Source of the DNA: Felis catus
Taxonomy: Eukaryota
Assembly: GCF_018350175.1 (NCBI RefSeq)
Contig: NC_058368.1
Location: 105,526,001 to 105,590,000, forward strand
DNA length: 64,000 nucleotides
Reading direction: 5' to 3'
Numbering within the stretch: the stretch's first letter is position 1; the number at the start of each line of letters is the position of its first letter. The notes beneath the pieces were generated by a model. That model was not told the origin of the DNA, searched no databases, and saw only the letters and a program-made list of their open reading frames with translations. Made by a program: the position numbers and the translations under genes. Positions 1-15,452 of this stretch are shown one piece after another.

Positions 1-564
1 GAGATCAGAAAAGTTAATCTTGTTCCTTGCGATTGAACTCTCAGAAATCCCAACTACCTAAGCCAGGGGCACTGTTACTGGGAAGAATTGGTGAAGTCAC
101 ATGTTAACATGTAGGCAGGGCATCTGGAATTATTTCTGTACCTTTGAGAAAATATTCCTCAGCACAACTCTATTTTCCTGACTAATGCACATCCACACAG
201 ATGCTGCTGAGGATCTCTGAGTCCTTTTAGGTTTCTTCTTGTTTCCTTTTTTAAGTCATGTAAGATCACACATCTGTGCTATATATGAGCCATGATAATG
301 TTTACCAGATCAAAAATTAGGAAAACTGTAAAGAATAAGGGTTATTTTCTTAAATCATTAGTATAAAATTAAATCATTTACTTACACATTTAACCAGTTG
401 ACTTTACTGAAAATAATAGAATTTCATACTACCTGGGACATGATTCTCATTCAAGCAGTTTTTCTTACCACAGATGACACAGGTTTTCTGGAGTATCTGC
501 TCCACTTTATTGGGAGGTTAAGAGTGGAGGAGGAAAGGTGAGGGTAGGGGGCAAAATAGTAAAC

Positions 565-858
565 AGAGTCAAATGTATAAAATTGCAGTTCTAAAATAAA
601 TGTCATAGGGATGTCATGTACTGCATGGTGACTATAGTTAACTCTACTGCATATTTGAAAGTTGCTTTTTTAAGAGAGTATATCTTAAAAGTTCTCATCA
701 CAGGAAAAGACAAATTTTTAACTCTGGTCAAGGATATTAACTAGACTTATTCTGGTCATTTCACAATTTATGTATATAAATACTGAATCATTGCATGGTA
801 CCCAGGAAACTAAAACGTTGTTACACGTCAGTTATACCTCACAAAAACAAAACAAAAA
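565..858 (+). mobile_element. Older L1 3' end fragment (L1MA9/L1_Carn-like)
   Basis: Typical 3'UTR text ...catggtgactatagttaa...gaaagttgc...aaaagttctcatcac...cagttatacctca followed by an A-rich tail. Confidence 0.75.
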
Positions 859-1266
859 GAGTGCAGGAGGAGGGGTTGTTCTCATAGATTGTTCCCCCAG
901 ACCCATTGCTACTTAGATCCTCCTCCTGGATATTGTCTTCTTTCTGTACTTTTTCTTCGTCTTTTCCTACAGGTGTCACACATTCAGCATTGTCTTTGGA
1001 CTTGGTGTAAAACTTGTGTTTGTAACAGATATGTTCCCCACGTCAACATTGTACTTAAGGTGGAGGGGGAAGTAAATAACCACAAAGGATGAAAAGCCTA
1101 CAGATTGTGGAATTTATAGTGCTTTATGATTTACTGGAGGGCATGCACATCTTTAATTTCAGAAATACATGGGCTGGTTCTACGTTTGCTATCCATTTTC
1201 TTCTGAGCATATTGAACATTTTTGGATAGTTATTCAAAGATTTTTCATTTAATAAAAGTTTATTGA

Positions 1267-1464
1267 GGGGCACCTGGGTGGCCCATTTGGTTAAGTGTCT
1301 GACTTCAGCTCAGGTCATGGTCTCACAGTTTGTGAGTTCGAGTCCCACGTTGGGCTCTGTGCTAACAGCCTGGAGCCTGCTTCGGATTCTGTGTCTCCTC
1401 TCCCTGCCCCTCTCCTGCTCACACTCTCACACTGTCTCAAAAATAAACGTTTAAAAAAATTAAA
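1267..1464 (+). mobile_element. Can-SINE inserted into an old L2 3' fragment
   Basis: GGGGCACCTGGGTGG head, CT-rich linker, A tail; 17-bp TSD aataaaagtt(t a/t t)tgag with one mismatch (1251-1267 and 1465-1481); flank tttattgagcac...tgtgc is L2-like. Confidence 0.92.
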
Positions 1465-1627
1465 AATAAAAGTTTTTTGAGCACTTGCTTTGTGCTTAGT
1501 ACTGTTTGAGGCTCTGGGAAAACAAGACAGAAATCCTTTCCCTCATGCAAGTTATATGGTAGTGAAAGTGAATCAGTGTATAGACATGAGAGATTTGATT
1601 TTGATTTTTAATATTTGAAATTTCTAG

Positions 1628-1736
1628 GCTCAGATTGTTCTTTTGGTGATTCTACTTCTTGCTATTGCTGATTTCGTCATAGGAACATTCATCCCATTGG
1701 ACAGCAAGAAGCCCAAAGGTTTCTTTGGTTATAAAT
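1628..1736 (+). CDS. SLC12A2: NKCC1 coding exon (human exon 7 equivalent), 109 nt
   Basis: tttctag|GCTCAG...TATAAAT|gtaagt; translates [36 protein letters not shown], matching NKCC1 transmembrane region. Confidence 0.97.
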
Positions 1737-3995
1737 GTAAGTAAAAAAAAAAAAAACAATTTTAAAGGTGCTTATTATAACAATTCCATTAGTAAACAAG
1801 ATTAGTATATTTTAGGTTCTATGTAAAAGAATTGATTTTGGTATAGTTACTCCAATTTAGTATTGTCTCCTTTATGTATATTACAGAGTAAAATACCACT
1901 TTTATTTAACCCTTTGGTTTTTCATTATTAGCAACAAAAGGTAATAGAATGTAGAAAAATCAGTGCTACTGAGGAAAGGTGTTTTTGTTCTTTATAATTT
2001 AGGGAGTTTGTAACTGAAATGTTAACTTGTGTTTTCACATGGCTTTTTCATTCTTCACAACCCAAAGTGCCTAAACCTGTGAAAGAAACATTCATTTCTT
2101 GGTGTAATTGCAACTTAAGTTTTTCTACAGTTGTCATTAGAATTTGTGAGAATTTTCCACAGTTTTCACCTCTGTAACCCTTTTCATTCTGCATCTGATT
2201 GATGAAATTGTCATTTGTTATTCCCCAAAGTGTCTCTCTGTACTGCCCCCTCCACCCCAACTCCCCACCTACTGGATCAACCCATCCTGTCTCCACAGGG
2301 TAAAATGGAGCAGGAAACAATTGTTGCGTCAGCGTCATAGAGGCTCACCACTTAGGGTAATAAATAGACTTGTCTTCAGTTCATCAAAATTCCTGGTTTT
2401 GCAGCCCTAGAGGAAGAGACGTAGCTTTTATACTGCAGAATTGTATAGCCCAGAGCTGCTCACACAGATCTGTGAAAAGATAAAGAATGTATTTCTTCCT
2501 TCACGAAGTCTTACTGGGAACAAAAATCAGCTGACCCAAATTGTGCAACCTAGACCCCTAGTTGGTCTACACCCTGGTGTAAACTCACTGATAACATACA
2601 GACCTTAGAACATTTGTGAGTAGCACTGGTTTGGCTTATATCAGACACTGACTTAGTTGGCCTGGGTGGTTTTCTGATAGGAATTGTTCCAAGGATTTTA
2701 CCTGAGCCAGTGATGCTTTTTCATTCTTCACAACCCATTATTTGTGCCTTCTGGTCCTGGGTTGATAGTGTGATAATATGTTTTTATGAGTGGTATTCAT
2801 GCCTGATTCTAAGCTGGGCTTTAAATTCTTTATCTTCTCCATTGGGAGGACAGGTGTCTACTACGCATGCCAGAAGTGAAGTTCAGTAGCATTACTTAGG
2901 TAGTTCCTTTTCTTTATTTTATGCTCTCATAAATTGTGACATTTATTTTAATTACAAGTGATTTTTTACTTAAGTGTTTTTTTTAGGATAAAATTTTTTT
3001 GAGCATTTCTTTTTGCAACTTTATTTCTAAAAGAAGTGTTAAAAATTAGAGTGGATGATTACTTCTAAAAATATTCCTAGTAATTATATATTTTCTCTGT
3101 GTGACTTAGGTTGACTTCAGAATAGCTACAAATAACTGCCACGTTTTTCATTTCCTTGTGTTTCAAATCCTTGGCAACTTTACAAAAGTATTGCATAGCT
3201 ATCTAGTATAGTAATAAATATCGTATAAGTAGCATATCTAGATTTATCTCAGTCTGAAGTACATAAATCTAAATAAATTTTGGAATGTGACTTTTTTTCT
3301 TGGTGACTGATACTGCTTTGCTGTCTTGCCATTCATCTTACTAAGGTAGCGAGCTACCAGATGGCTCTAGCAGAGGACCTGGCGTATGGCACACACTCAG
3401 ATACTGGTGGATGGGTGGATGGTTAAATGACAGTTAGTGGGTTATTTCATTGTCAAGGCCCATCATAATAGATGAAAACAGTAGGACTAGTTAAAGCTTT
3501 AATTATTGTTACAGTGGAAAGGGACTTTACCTAGTTTGCTTTAGCTAAAATTCTGTGGAAGCCTGATGAATAATTCAGCATCGAAGCATAAACAGGTCAG
3601 CACTAGGAAGTAGAGAAAGCTATACAGATAGTATGTAGGTTAGATGTAAGAAAAAAATGGTTCCATGTTAGTATGATGTTTTTCTACCTCCTTTCTTGTT
3701 TCCTTGACTGACCCCAGACATTAAGAAGTTTATCCATGCTTTGATTGACATCTGGACTAGTGATACCAATCAAGGTAGAGGTGCTTGAAACATAATTAGT
3801 AAGGTATATGGACTAGTAGGCGTGACCGAAGTCAAATCATCATTTTGGTTGTAAACTGTTCCCTCATATAAGAAAAGAGGAATGCCAGACTTCACCTAGG
3901 AGGTATTCAAGAATTTACCAGTGACTTGAACTGAAAAAAAAGCGAGGGATTGTGCATATGTATCGCTCAGACTTGACCTAAATGGTGCAATCTGA

Positions 3996-4211
<216 letters not shown>

Positions 4212-4274
4212 TAAAAAACCGTAGATGTATATTATTTTTAAAGGTAGACTTAAATTTTTTTTCTTGCCTTCTAG

Positions 4275-4364
<90 letters not shown>

Positions 4365-5416
4365 TAACCATATAGTTTTTTATGTGTTTCAGAAATTTCA
4401 TGATGTACACACTTTAAGTATTTATTTCCATGACATTTATATTTCTAACTTTTAAATTAAGAAATATTTCAGTAAGAAGGTTTAGAGTTGCATATTTTAA
4501 TTCAGAAAGAGTTTTAAATAAACCGGTAATGATCTTATAGGCATTAGCTAAACTACCAGATGCTCTATTGTTTTTTCCTCTAAGATTTTTATTAAAGTAA
4601 ATTAGAAAATTATGTAGTCTTATTTGCAAACTTAAATTTCACTGAGCTACAGTTCATAGAAAATGTAATACAATGGTGTAGAAGTAAGTGAATTTTACTT
4701 TGTGATCTTTATAAAATTTTTAATATTTTTGCTTATGGTCATTATTTTATATTTGCATGTTAATCTTACTACATATGAAGATTGTTTCAAGACATTTAAA
4801 CAGCATTTGGCATTTTCTGTCATAAAAAACCGATTCTGGTAAACAGGACCAGAAAAGTGTTACTGAAGTCTTACTAAATTGAATGAAAATGGTTTTAAAT
4901 CTTATATTACATTCATGAAATCATGGCATTTTAGAACTTGAAAGGACTTAAGTGGTCAACCAGTCTCTAAATCACTGTTTTGCACAAGACTGAAAGTTTA
5001 GAGATTTCCTTACCAAGGTTAACTGACCCTTGATTTCAAGAAGTGTTTTCTTGGCAAAGAGAGATTTTGTTTTGTTTTATAATGAATTCTTTAAAGAATG
5101 TTAGTAAATTAGGTTCTTTAAAATATACTAATCCAGAAAAAAAGGTAAATAGTGATTTGCCTGTAATTTACATGTAGTGACTATAGATAAATTGTATTGC
5201 GTTTACTACACTTTGGTGAAACTATATACTTTACCCAGAACACATATATTCTTGAATTGTAAGCCTTGTTTTAATGTCTAGACTCAAGTTTTCCAGTTAA
5301 ATCTCTGAAGTATATTATAAGAATAAAGCTTTAGTTGAATACCAGTCTGAAGAATCAAACTCCAAAATCATAGACCACAGAGTATAAGGTTTTCATAGTG
5401 TTTCTGTAAGAAAATT

Positions 5417-5632
5417 TTTTTAAATGTGTATTTATTTTTGAGAGAACATGAGTAGGGGAGGGGCAGTGAGAGATGGAGGCAGGGAATCTGAAGCAGTCCC
5501 TGCGCTGTTAATGCAAAGCCTGATCTGGGGTTTGTTCCCACAAACCATGAGATCATGACATTCCCATGAGCCATGAGATGATGACGTGAGCCGAAGTTGG
5601 GCACTCAACCGACTGAGCCACCTGCTCACTCC
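5417..5632 (-). mobile_element. Can-SINE with internal 26-bp tandem duplication
   Basis: Reverse-strand SINE; TSD AAGAAAATT (5408-5416 and 5633-5641). Confidence 0.9.
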
Positions 5633-6491
5633 AAGAAAATTGTATTTTGTCACATATTTGGTGATATGTTGTGAAGTAATGACAGAACTCTTTTTATAAA
5701 CTCTCCTGTTAATTTGCCTAAATGTAATTTTGAAACTTCACTAAACAAGAATTGGAAATGCTAATAATGCTATCATAGTGGGCTAAATTCACATTTAGTA
5801 AAGGAGTTGGATTTCATTTATTCTTCCAAGTCTGTATATGCGCAAATCTCTGAAATTCATTTAGAAAAAACAAATCAATTATATATATAAGCTTAGCAAA
5901 ATATTTTTGTGTTCCCCTAAAAGTTCTTGGCACAAGAAAATTTAGTTTTAATTTAAAGAAAGGTTTATATAACTGGTTATGTTTCAAATTGGAAAATAGT
6001 TACAGCAAATAAATGGTTTCTGTTTGTATGTTACCCCCTAACGCTGTTGGCCATCATACTCCTTTCATTCTGTCCACGTTAGCCCTTGGAGTGTCTGTTC
6101 TCCCTGACCAGCCTACATCAGTGGTTGTGTAACTAGTTCAAAGTAATGGAACCTTTTTTCACCCAATCACTTCCATGTAGAACATGAGAATATGAAACAC
6201 TTAAAAGCATACATGCTTTATAAAGGGTAGACAGGCTTCTTTTCTCCCCTCACCCAAATGGTTTCACAAGTACCTTTAAGGAAACATGGTTTTGCAAACA
6301 CTATTCTGAGAGTTAGATGAAGAAATTGAGGACAAAAAGGACTTGATGTAGGCTGTCTAATCGTTAAAATGTTCTTCCTTTCAAACTTAAGTTTCTGTTT
6401 GTTGTTCACTTTAGGCTACACTGTTTATTATTTTTACCTCATATGTGATGAGACAGGAGTGCTAAAGTGCTTCAAAAGTAAAAATATATAA

Positions 6492-6716
6492 GGGGCGCCT
6501 GGGTGGCGCAGTTGGTTAAGCGTCCGACTTCAGCCAGGTCACGATCTCGCGGTCCGTGAGTTCGAGCCCCGCGTCAGGCTCTGGGCTGATGGCTCAGAGC
6601 CTGGAGCCTGTTTCCGATTCTGTGTCTCCCTTTCTCTCTGCCCCTCCCCCGTTCATGCTCTGTCTCTCTCTGTCCCAAAAATAAATAAACGTTGAAAAAA
6701 AAAATTAAAAAAAAAA
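6492..6716 (+). mobile_element. Young felid Can-SINE (SINEC_Fc-type)
   Basis: CpGs largely intact, long A tail, 16-bp TSD aaaagtaaaaatatat (6474-6489 and 6717-6732). Confidence 0.96.
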
Positions 6717-7497
6717 AAAAGTAAAAATATATGAAGTCTAAGGAATGGTAATTGCCAATAGTTACACATCATATGTTGTTCCAAATAATGAAATGCTTTT
6801 TTATCAATAAAGTTTTTTTTTAATGTCGTATTATAGAAGTTTTCAATTTTGCACAAGAGTAGAGAGCTTTTTCTAATGAACTATCACCCAGTTTCAATGA
6901 AGTTATCAAGAATTAACAATGTGTGGTTAATCTTGTTTCACCTATACCCGTTCATTCTGCCCCACAAGTTATTTTTAATCAATTCTCCAATAATCATGTA
7001 TTTTCTTAATATCAGGGTAGACTTACTTGAGCCAGAGGTTTAAACAGAATTATAATTCATTGATATTCAAATTGCTTTCCTTCACAGAAGTTTGATATTA
7101 CCTGAAATCTGATCTTTGGCATGTTTCAAATATAAAATACTTGGAGCAGGAAAACATTTCTCCCATTTGTAACTCTTTCAACACAACGTGTTTATATTTG
7201 CTTAAGGACATCTTACCAAATAGACCTAGAAATGGTTTTGCTTGTTATCATTTTCCACAACCATATGTACAGGGTTTTTAATCGTGTATTTGTAAAATAC
7301 TAGTTTTTAATAATGTTTTGATTCATTAAAATATTGGGGATCATGATGCTTTTTAAATTCTATTACAGGCAAATCTTTGTAAACTATAAATGCTATGAAA
7401 GTAAATGGTGAAAATGTCAGTACTTTTAACAAGTATATATTCAGTACCATAATTTGCTTTATGGATATATGTAATTTTGAAATGAATATAAATTTGA

Positions 7498-7728
<231 letters not shown>

Positions 7729-7984
7729 TAGACTGCTATCAAATTTGGGCATTGAGATTCCAGCACTAACTTAGAAGGGAGGGCTATTGTTATTTTCTAC
7801 CCAGATATCTGTTGGAAAAGTCTGTAGATAACTAATTGGGCAAATAGAAAAATTTTGAAAGGGTAAAATCTGAAGCTCTTCAAGAGCAAAAGGGCTCCCA
7901 AGGGTAACACTTCTATATTAGGGTACAATATATAGTACATATGTATGGTGTATAGTTTAAGACAGCAAGCATCTCACACATGGT

Positions 7985-8430
7985 CATGTTTCTTGGGTCT
8001 ATTTCTAGGTTCTCTATTGTGTTCTATTGATGTTTGCATCTATCCATCCACAAGTACCATACATTCTTGACTAGAGTAGTTGCATAATAAGTCTTAAAGT
8101 CAAGTAGATTGATATCTACCACTTTATCTTTTTTCAAAATGGTTTTAGCTATCTTAGTTCTTTTTGCTTTTCTATAAAAATTCTAGAGTAATCTTATGTT
8201 TATCTGAAAAAAGCCTTGGGATTTTGTTACGAACTGCTTTAAACTTGTATATCAATTTAGGGAGAATGACATATTCACTCTATTGAGTGTTAGAATCCAT
8301 GAACACAGTCTATTACTCCATTTATTTAGGTCTTTGGTTTCCTTCATCAGCATTGTGTAGTTTTCAGAATACAAGTCTTATACGTGTTTTGTTAGATTTG
8401 CGCAAGTATTTCATGTTAGTTTGAGTTTTT
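7985..8430 (-). mobile_element. Old L1 ORF2-region fragment
   Basis: Degenerate match to the same region of the young L1 in this window (gggtctatttct...ttctctatt...ccatgaaca...tccatttatttaggtct). Confidence 0.7.
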
Positions 8431-8603
8431 TAAATCCACATTTGTTCAAATGAGTTTGTTTTTCTAATTAGAGGTGTCTACATAATTGCTTTATATATAA
8501 AATCCCTTTTAAAAAAACACTCATGAGTATCAGTAGTGTTATTTAGTTAGATAAGGCCCATATAGTCCTAGTGTGCTAAACTACCATTGAACAACAGAAT
8601 TAA

Positions 8604-8796
8604 ATTTTTGTTGTTGTTGTTTACTTACTTATTTTTGAGACAGAGAGATCAGGGGAAGGGCAGAGCGAATCCCAAGAAGGCTCTGCCTTGTGAGTGAGGA
8701 GCCTGATATGGGGCTTGACCTCATGAACTGTTACATCGTGACCTGAGACAAAATCAAGAGTCAGATGCTTAACTGACTGAGCCACCCAGGCACCCC
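8604..8796 (-). mobile_element. Can-SINE
   Basis: Ends ...gagccacccaggcacccc; TSD CAGAATTAA (8595-8603 and 8797-8805). Confidence 0.92.
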
Positions 8797-11700
8797 CAGA
8801 ATTAAGTTCTTAATGGATGTTTGAAAGTTTGTGACCTTTTAAAACATATGAACTGTGTAAAAGATAACACTACTTGTCCAGAACTTGGAGGATATCATTT
8901 CTTCTTCCTTTTATTATTATCTCTACAAGGTTCTAAAGGTAAAATGAAATTTTTGTAAAATATATGGGTTTTTACAAACAGAAGATTATACTGAATCAAA
9001 GGAAAAACTAAAAATTTTGTTTCCTGGTGTTTTTACAGTTTAATGTAATTATAATAAGCAATAATTGATGATTTATTGTATTTTAGGACAGTATAAATTT
9101 CATGTAGAATAATGAAATTTTGTAATAAAATGTTGTAACATTTTAATGGCGTTATTTTTATTTTTTGTGGTTTCAAGCAATTGTCTACATTTTCAGTGTT
9201 TAGAAATATTGAACCCAATTATATAATAGAAGTTTGTTTTTTTCTAGTCACAAGACTAGGCATAGTCGTAGGCATGAAAGAAAGTATTCATATCCAGCTA
9301 ATGATCCAGGCCAGTTCTGACATTGATATTGTGTATGAAAGGCACAAATGTTGATCTCTGCCCAGTGACTGAAAATGCCAATCAGATTTCTGTGTTGTTG
9401 CCTTAAAATACAAAAGTGTGTTGTCTTTATCAAGTCTAGTATGGACTCAGTTAAGCAAAGAGCAGCTTGGTTTATGTAAAGCTGCTTTGCTTATACAGCT
9501 AAATAAATCTTCAAAAATTTTAAAAATGCTTTGTAAAGTGAAACAAAAAAATCCTGTAAAAGCATAAACTCATCATTTAGAGAATGAAGAATGGTACACA
9601 GAACATAAGTTACAAGCATGTAAGTTGGAGTTTGATGATGCAATCCACCCAAAACCACACTTGATAATGCCATTGTGCATGTCTTTGTCTTTTCATACTT
9701 CAGGAAGAAAAATGACTTGGATCATTTTGTCTTAAATTTTGATTTTTACATATATAGTCGTAGGTTTCTTAATGTATTTCTACATTTTAATGTCTTCTGA
9801 AACCACTGACTCACCATTGCTTAGTAAATAAAGTGTGAGCCTTTTTACTGTCAGTCAAAACCCTTCATAACCAGTCTTATGTCCCACTGCCTTCTGTCCA
9901 CACTGAACCCATGTGGTTGCATATTTTTGCATATATACATCCACACATGCTTCTCCTAGTCTTTTCCTTTTTTTTTTTTTTTTTTTTTGCACTCCATTCT
10001 GCTTGGAATGCACCTACTTTTTTTCTTTTTATATGTGCAAATATGCCTTTAATCAAGGAAACCCAATTCCATGAAGATTTTCTTGAACCTCAAATCATCA
10101 ACACATACACATATATTTCCCCCATAGAAAAATCTTGACTTTTGTTTTTTTTCTCTTACTAGAGATAAGACCTTTATTTTTGTCATCTTTGTTTCCATCA
10201 TGTATTGTGGACAACACTGATGTTACCATTATTTACATTCATTATCATTATCCTTGCTATTCATATTTTATCATAAAATGGTGGGAAATGCAGAGGTTAT
10301 TGGGTAAATATGTAACTAGAAAATAGGAAACTCAGCAAATTTTAGAAGGATAGCATTTCTAGATGCTAAGTGTGGAGCATTATTTACCTCCCTTCAGAGG
10401 TGATAGAAGAAGAGGAAACATGATTTTTCCCACAAAATTGACAGATGAAAGGTTATAGTTGTATGTAATGCTTGTGGTGTCTGTTTTGCCTTAATCCAGC
10501 AAAGTATCATTTTCTCTGTACTTTGCTTTTTTTCTTCCTTTATCTGCTGTCTTTGCACTTACCTTTGGGGTCATGATGGACAGGCACACAATTTTGGATT
10601 TGAAAAGTATATATAGCAGAAATCAAGTCTGTTCATTTTTATCCTGGTCTATCTTATCTGTCCTTTATAATCTCCTTCCCCAAAGACAGGAGTTGCACTG
10701 CTAATCTAGTATTAACGACCGTGAAACATAGTGATTGTGAAAAACATATGGCATATATCTAACTACCAATATTTGACTGAAGGGCTGAATAGAAAATCAT
10801 TTGTTTAAAATTTTTTTCTCTCTGAAATGCTTACAGAGGTCAATGCTAATACTTTTTTAACCACTTTAATGTATTCTTCATTTTTAATACTAAGTCTTTT
10901 GAAAGATACAGGGAGAGCCACTTAGGTGAAACAAGGTGGAATTATCAACACATGAAACCAGATGTATGCATTATGGCCCGGGATCATGCCTATAGCTAAC
11001 TTTACATCTGGTTTAAAGTATAAAATTACAGTCAAGGCCAGAATAGTCACAAATACCTTAAAACCATATTTCCTTGTCTCCTTAGTTGGCACGGTCTTGG
11101 TCACTATAAATGAAAAGTAAATCTCTACTAGGGAAGTAATGAATCTAGGTAATGATCATCATTCACTACTGGTGGAACTTATAATGGATGGGTCAAGTTG
11201 ACAGTACCTGAGTCCTCCAGACAATTTTCCACCGCGGTCTGGTCTTTTCACAGTTTTCAAAGATGTGGGAGGAGCAGTGCAATGAATACCTCTATACCTA
11301 CCCCTTCACTTAAATTTACTAGGTGTTTATGTTTTGCCCCAGGCCTTTATCTTTGTATATATGTATAGTCTCTTTCTTCTCAAATATGTGAAAACAAATT
11401 ATACACACCATAAAATGCCCATCAGTTTGAGCTCTTTGAAATATTCTATATGGGCACAGTATAGTTAGCCCACTTCAGGAATTCATTGTTGTTGAAATAC
11501 TGTTACTTAAATATATCATCCATCTTCATTTTCCCCACTTGCTCCAGTAATGTCCCTTATAGGTATTTTTCTTAGATCCAAAATCCAATCTAGGTTACGT
11601 ATGGCATTGAGTTATCATGTTCTTTTAAAATCCTTTAATCTAGGAGTTTCCAGCCTGCCTGTTTTAATCTTCCAGGGTGTTGTTATTTTAAAGAGTCCAG

Positions 11701-12099
11701 GTATGTTACTTTGTTTTTTGCCCCTCAGTTTGGATTTATCTGGTTGTCTTCTCATGATCTAAGTGATCAATCCATTTTTTTTTAAACTTCATTAGGGAAA
11801 TTTTTGAACATGTACAAAGATAGAGAAAGCAGTGTAATGTACTTTATGAGATTTTATTAATCACCAGTGCTTGGCTGACTTTGTTTTATTTATAACTTCC
11901 TACTTCCCACATTATTTAAAGACACATCATAGACTTATGTCCTTTCAGGTAGAAATATCTCCACATTAGGTTCCGAAAGTTGAGGTCTCTTTTTAAAAAA
12001 GAGAAAACATAACTACAATACCAATCTGATAGAAAGGGAGGGAGCAAGGAAAGAAAAGACAGAAAAAGCAACCTTCTTGAGAAAGAAAAGAAAAGAAAG

Positions 12100-12715
12100 A
12101 AAAAACAACCTTCTTGATGGAAGTGCACCATCTTGAAATACTCTTGCCACTGAACTTGTACTTCATCCTGATGCACTGTCTAGATCTGTCAGTTCACTAG
12201 AAATACAGAGGTGAGAGCAGCGGGTTACATACCACAAGTTGGAGATGCAGTCAGTGAAATCCAGAAGTGTGAGGCTTCTCTGAGACAATGACTTAATAGT
12301 AAAATGTAAAGGAAAGCAGTGAACCTGCTGATTGAAAAAGACTTTAAGAGACGTATCAACCAAATTTAATGTGTGGTCTTTTTGTGGATTTTGGTTTAAA
12401 CTATTTAAAAAGGCAAGAAAAGATGGACAACTTCGAGAACTTGAATGGTGATAGGCTGTTTGGTGATGTTAAGGAACTACTTTTTAAATTCTGACAGTGG
12501 CTTTATAGTTAGAGTTTTTAGAAGTTCTTACCCATTAGAGGTACATGGTGAAATATTTATATATTTGTTTATTAAGTGATGTCTGGGGTTTGATTCACAA
12601 TGATGTGAGATTGGTCCTGAACTGATCATTGTTGAAAGCAGGTGATAAATACTTGGTGGTTCATTATGCTCTTCTGTCTGCTGTGTGTCTGAAATTTTAC
12701 CAAATAAAAAGATTC
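12100..12715 (+). mobile_element. Ancient L1 (L1ME-like) 3' fragment
   Basis: Ends with ...ggtgataaatacttggtggttcattatgctcttctgtct...gaaattttaccaaataaaaa, typical of L1M 3' ends; boundaries approximate. Confidence 0.55.
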
Positions 12716-12869
12716 AAGGTGAACGCTACTGGTAAATATGTTTTAGAAATTTGTAATGCACATAACCATTATTATTGCTTGTTATTATCATATCCCCCTG
12801 CCCTGTTAGTCTCCTTCATTAGCATAATAATGATATATAGTATTTTGTTCTTTCTTGACCTGTTTGTAA

Positions 12870-13046
<177 letters not shown>

Positions 13047-14054
13047 TAATATATTTCACTTTGGGATTCTTAACTTTTTCAAATCATTTGTTTGCCTTTA
13101 TATGTGTATGATATATACACACACATCTCAAGACAGGTATCTTTAATTTTGTGAATGTTTCTCGTTATATAAACATTAGTGCATTTACCTACTGTGAAGG
13201 TATAGTCAAGTTGTCTTTCTGTAAATGGTGATGGAGTTTTGTTTTTTCAACTTACTCTCATTGCACAAATTTTTTATAATGTCTTACTAAGAATAAGGAA
13301 TGCAGTCCAAGTATAAGTTGAAAGAATTAAAGGACCTTGTGCCCTCTTGCATGATGACAGCCTTTATGTTTTGCTTTATGAACATTTGAATGCCTACTAT
13401 ATGCCACACATTGTGTTAGCTACTCAGGATGACGAATGAGGCACATCTTATCTCCCTTTAATGAGCATTAAGCAAACAGCTGACACTGAATAGGATGTTG
13501 TTCTGCAGCCTTGTTCCTGATATTATAGTTGTAGCCAATGAGTAGGGTCAATATAGAATATATCTCTTAAAATAGTTTTTAATAGAGTTTTAAGAAAAGT
13601 GGTTAAGTTTTATAATAAGGATTTTTATTTGCTTTAAGTCTAGGATTTAGACTTTTTTTTTTGTGATGTAGGTCACACCTTTGTCATACTCCTCAAATTT
13701 TCAGATTTATTTGTATGTCTGCCTCTCTGCCATTTATCTTCATAAAAGAGTTTCAGCGTGGGGAGCTGGGTAAGGTAGATAAAAACTTCAGCGGTATTCT
13801 CTACCAACTACCTTTTGATACTTGAAATGTTTGGTCTCCTTTATCGTTTGTTAGGTAAAGCATTGTGACACAGTGGGAAGAAAGAGGATCAAGAAGTAGA
13901 AATCTTGTGTTCTAATCTTGTGTCTGAAATTTTACAGTATTATACGTTTATACAGTATTATACAGTATTATACACTTACACATATTATAACTGTAAGGAA
14001 GTCTGTTTGTCTAATTTCATTATATTTCCTCTAATATTTGCCTTTCTTCACTAG

Positions 14055-14180
<126 letters not shown>

Positions 14181-15185
14181 TAGTCATACAAATGATGTGC
14201 TAATACAGGTTTTGTAACATTTATAGTGTGAACTCTAAACATTGAATTATTAAATTATGAAGAAAACCTTAATTTGCCTAGTAAACTAAGTTAGTTTTTT
14301 TGTGATTAAATGAAAGTGTACGTAGAAAATACTATAAATTATAGTGCTCAGTACATACCTGCGAAAATTGTTACCATCGCTAAGTCTCCATCAGAGGGAA
14401 CTCCTAGGTTCTTGTCCCTGAAACAAATAAAATGACAGCGTACAAGAAAGGGTTTTAGTGCCCTCCTGAAGGTAGAGCCTCCCCTGAGCTACGTTTGGGC
14501 ACTTTTACCTCTGATCACAAGTGAGTTAAATGAGTCTTCCACTGCTGAAGATGATAGTGGACTTTTATTAAAAGTCTGAATTAGACCAGCAAGTATGGAA
14601 ACTAACTCTCCTGTAATGCTGCTAGGTATCTCTTCGGTATGGCTACTTTGGAGAATAAATCACTAATGTTTTATAAAGGTTCTCACAGTCCAGCAGTTCT
14701 TTTTAGTAGTCTATATATATCCTAAAGAAACTTGCATGTATATCCAAAGAACCATATCCAAAGATGTTTTTAGTGTCATTATTTATAATAGAAAAGGAAA
14801 GCAACTTGAATACCTACTAACAGAAGAATGAAACTGCAGTCTATTATCGAAGAGTAAAAATAATGAATACATTTTATCTCCACATAGCAGTATGAATCTC
14901 AAATATAATAAATGTAACCAAATTGCAAAATGATAAATATGGTATTTGTCTGACTTTGAAAATACCCAAAACAGTACTGCATAAAACTTGTGGACTATAT
15001 ATGTGTTTAGTAAAACTATATAATGTCACTGGAAAAATAGGGCAACTTTGGAAGAATGAGGTGGAAAGGGTTTAACTGTGGACCCAAGGGTCGATGTCTG
15101 AAAGTATATGAAGTACATGTGGCAAAATATATGTACTCATTAAATCTGAAGTGTGGATATAGGGGTATATCTATGTATCATCTAA

Positions 15186-15386
<201 letters not shown>

Positions 15387-15452
15387 TAAAGTTCTGTGAA
15401 TGCATTAATGTCTTTGATTTTAGAGAAAATAATAAAACTTCAACACATTTTA

